From NCBI GenBank assembly GCA_963575745.1, contig CAUYUJ010000092.1:1-64000 (forward strand): a stretch of 64,000 nt of DNA. The letters are read 5' to 3'. Origin of the DNA: Prorocentrum cordatum. Its lineage: Eukaryota. The position numbers were made by a program, and so were the translations under genes. Shown here in pieces: positions 62,965-64,000 of this stretch. Within the stretch, counting starts at the first letter, position 1, and every line of letters begins with the position of its first letter. The notes under the pieces were generated by a model that was given only the letters and a program-made list of their open reading frames with translations, ran no database searches and had not been told where the DNA came from.

Positions 62965-64000
62965 GCGAGTGCGTTGAGCAGGGACGGGCCGTCCCGGCAT
63001 TCCTGTGGGCCCACCACGAAGTGTTCTTAGAATCCAAACATGTTGCAATAACAAAATCAATGTTCTTACAACATGTTAGGTGCGCCAGCGTGCGTCGTGC
63101 GCGCGCGGCGCGTGCTCTCTCGGCGCGGGCTGGGCGCCCACCCTTCGGCAACTGGAGACGAGGGCGCTCACGCGCGACCTCTCGCGTTCTGCGGCAACTC
63201 AGGTGAGCCTCCCGTGCCATCTTGTTGGCTCTTGCGAAGCGACGCTTCTCGACGCTAGTCGACGCTAAATCGACGCCGACCGACGCTAAAACGGCGCCAA
63301 CCGACGCTAAATCGGCGCTGACCTGTCGACTACCAGGCGCTGTTCGACGCCAGTGCACTCTCACGACGCATCTGCGAGGGCGCACCAATTCTCCCATGAG
63401 CTGCTGCCGAAGACGCGGGAAGCGCACGGGCGAGCGTCGGCTCCGTCGACCCCGTCTTCGTCCGTCCCTCGCGCGAGTGCAACACGCGGAGGCCGCGCGC
63501 GGAGTGCACGTCTGCCGAGGGCCGGCAGGAGCCTGGCCATCGAGGGGCGAGCGCTGGCGGGACGTGCGGCCACGTGCGTACTTAGCCCTCGCCCAGACCG
63601 GCCGCGCCACGAGTGCCCAGCTGTCTGACACTCGAAGAGGAGATCGACTACAGAATAGATTTACCCCAGAATTGAGCTGTCCGTCGAATCTACCAACAAG
63701 TACAGAGGATGTTCCGCATTCTACGCATTCTCCGAGGTTCGGCGAACAAATATTTGGGGAAAAAGAAATCATGTAGCCGACCTCTCACTCGAGACACGCT
63801 TGGCAATGAAACGTTCTTTCGGGGAGACGTAAGACTCGGGTTCGGGGGACCCGGATTGCCCTGACGGGGATGAAAATGACGAGACCCAATATGAAATCCG
63901 ACGCGAGCTCCCTCTGCAAACATCCCAAGAAAACCGAACAATCAAAATCCAAGATGCGCTCGTCGAAAAGCGTCGGCAAACCCGAGTTCAGGCTTACTCG

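Overview
Repeat-dominated, GC-rich eukaryotic DNA, almost certainly from a dinoflagellate: a perfect 22-nt dinoflagellate spliced leader lies at 7939-7960 on the minus strand. Most ORF-track entries are artefacts of GC richness or trinucleotide repeats. Main contents: (1) an apparently intact, young ~7.4-kb tyrosine-recombinase (YR) retrotransposon at 41435-48793 (-), with Ngaro/PAT-type split direct repeats, inserted in a (CAT)n microsatellite. It encodes a small Cys-rich transmembrane ORF, a gag-like ORF, a Pol with RT (YVDN), RNase H and a C-terminal cytosine-5 DNA methyltransferase, and a YR. (2) A full-length but decayed LINE at 1269-7960 (-) whose 5' end is the complete spliced leader, plus two more LINE relics. 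(3) A head-to-tail dimer of a Helentron/Helitron2-like non-autonomous element at 26929-29256. (4) Several families of short, mostly palindromic dispersed repeats, minisatellites and very long microsatellites, including a 7.5-kb CAT/CAG/CCT array. (5) Probable micro-exons of a minus-strand host gene scattered between the repeats. All calls come from reading motifs by eye; no searches were run, and the boundaries of decayed elements are approximate.
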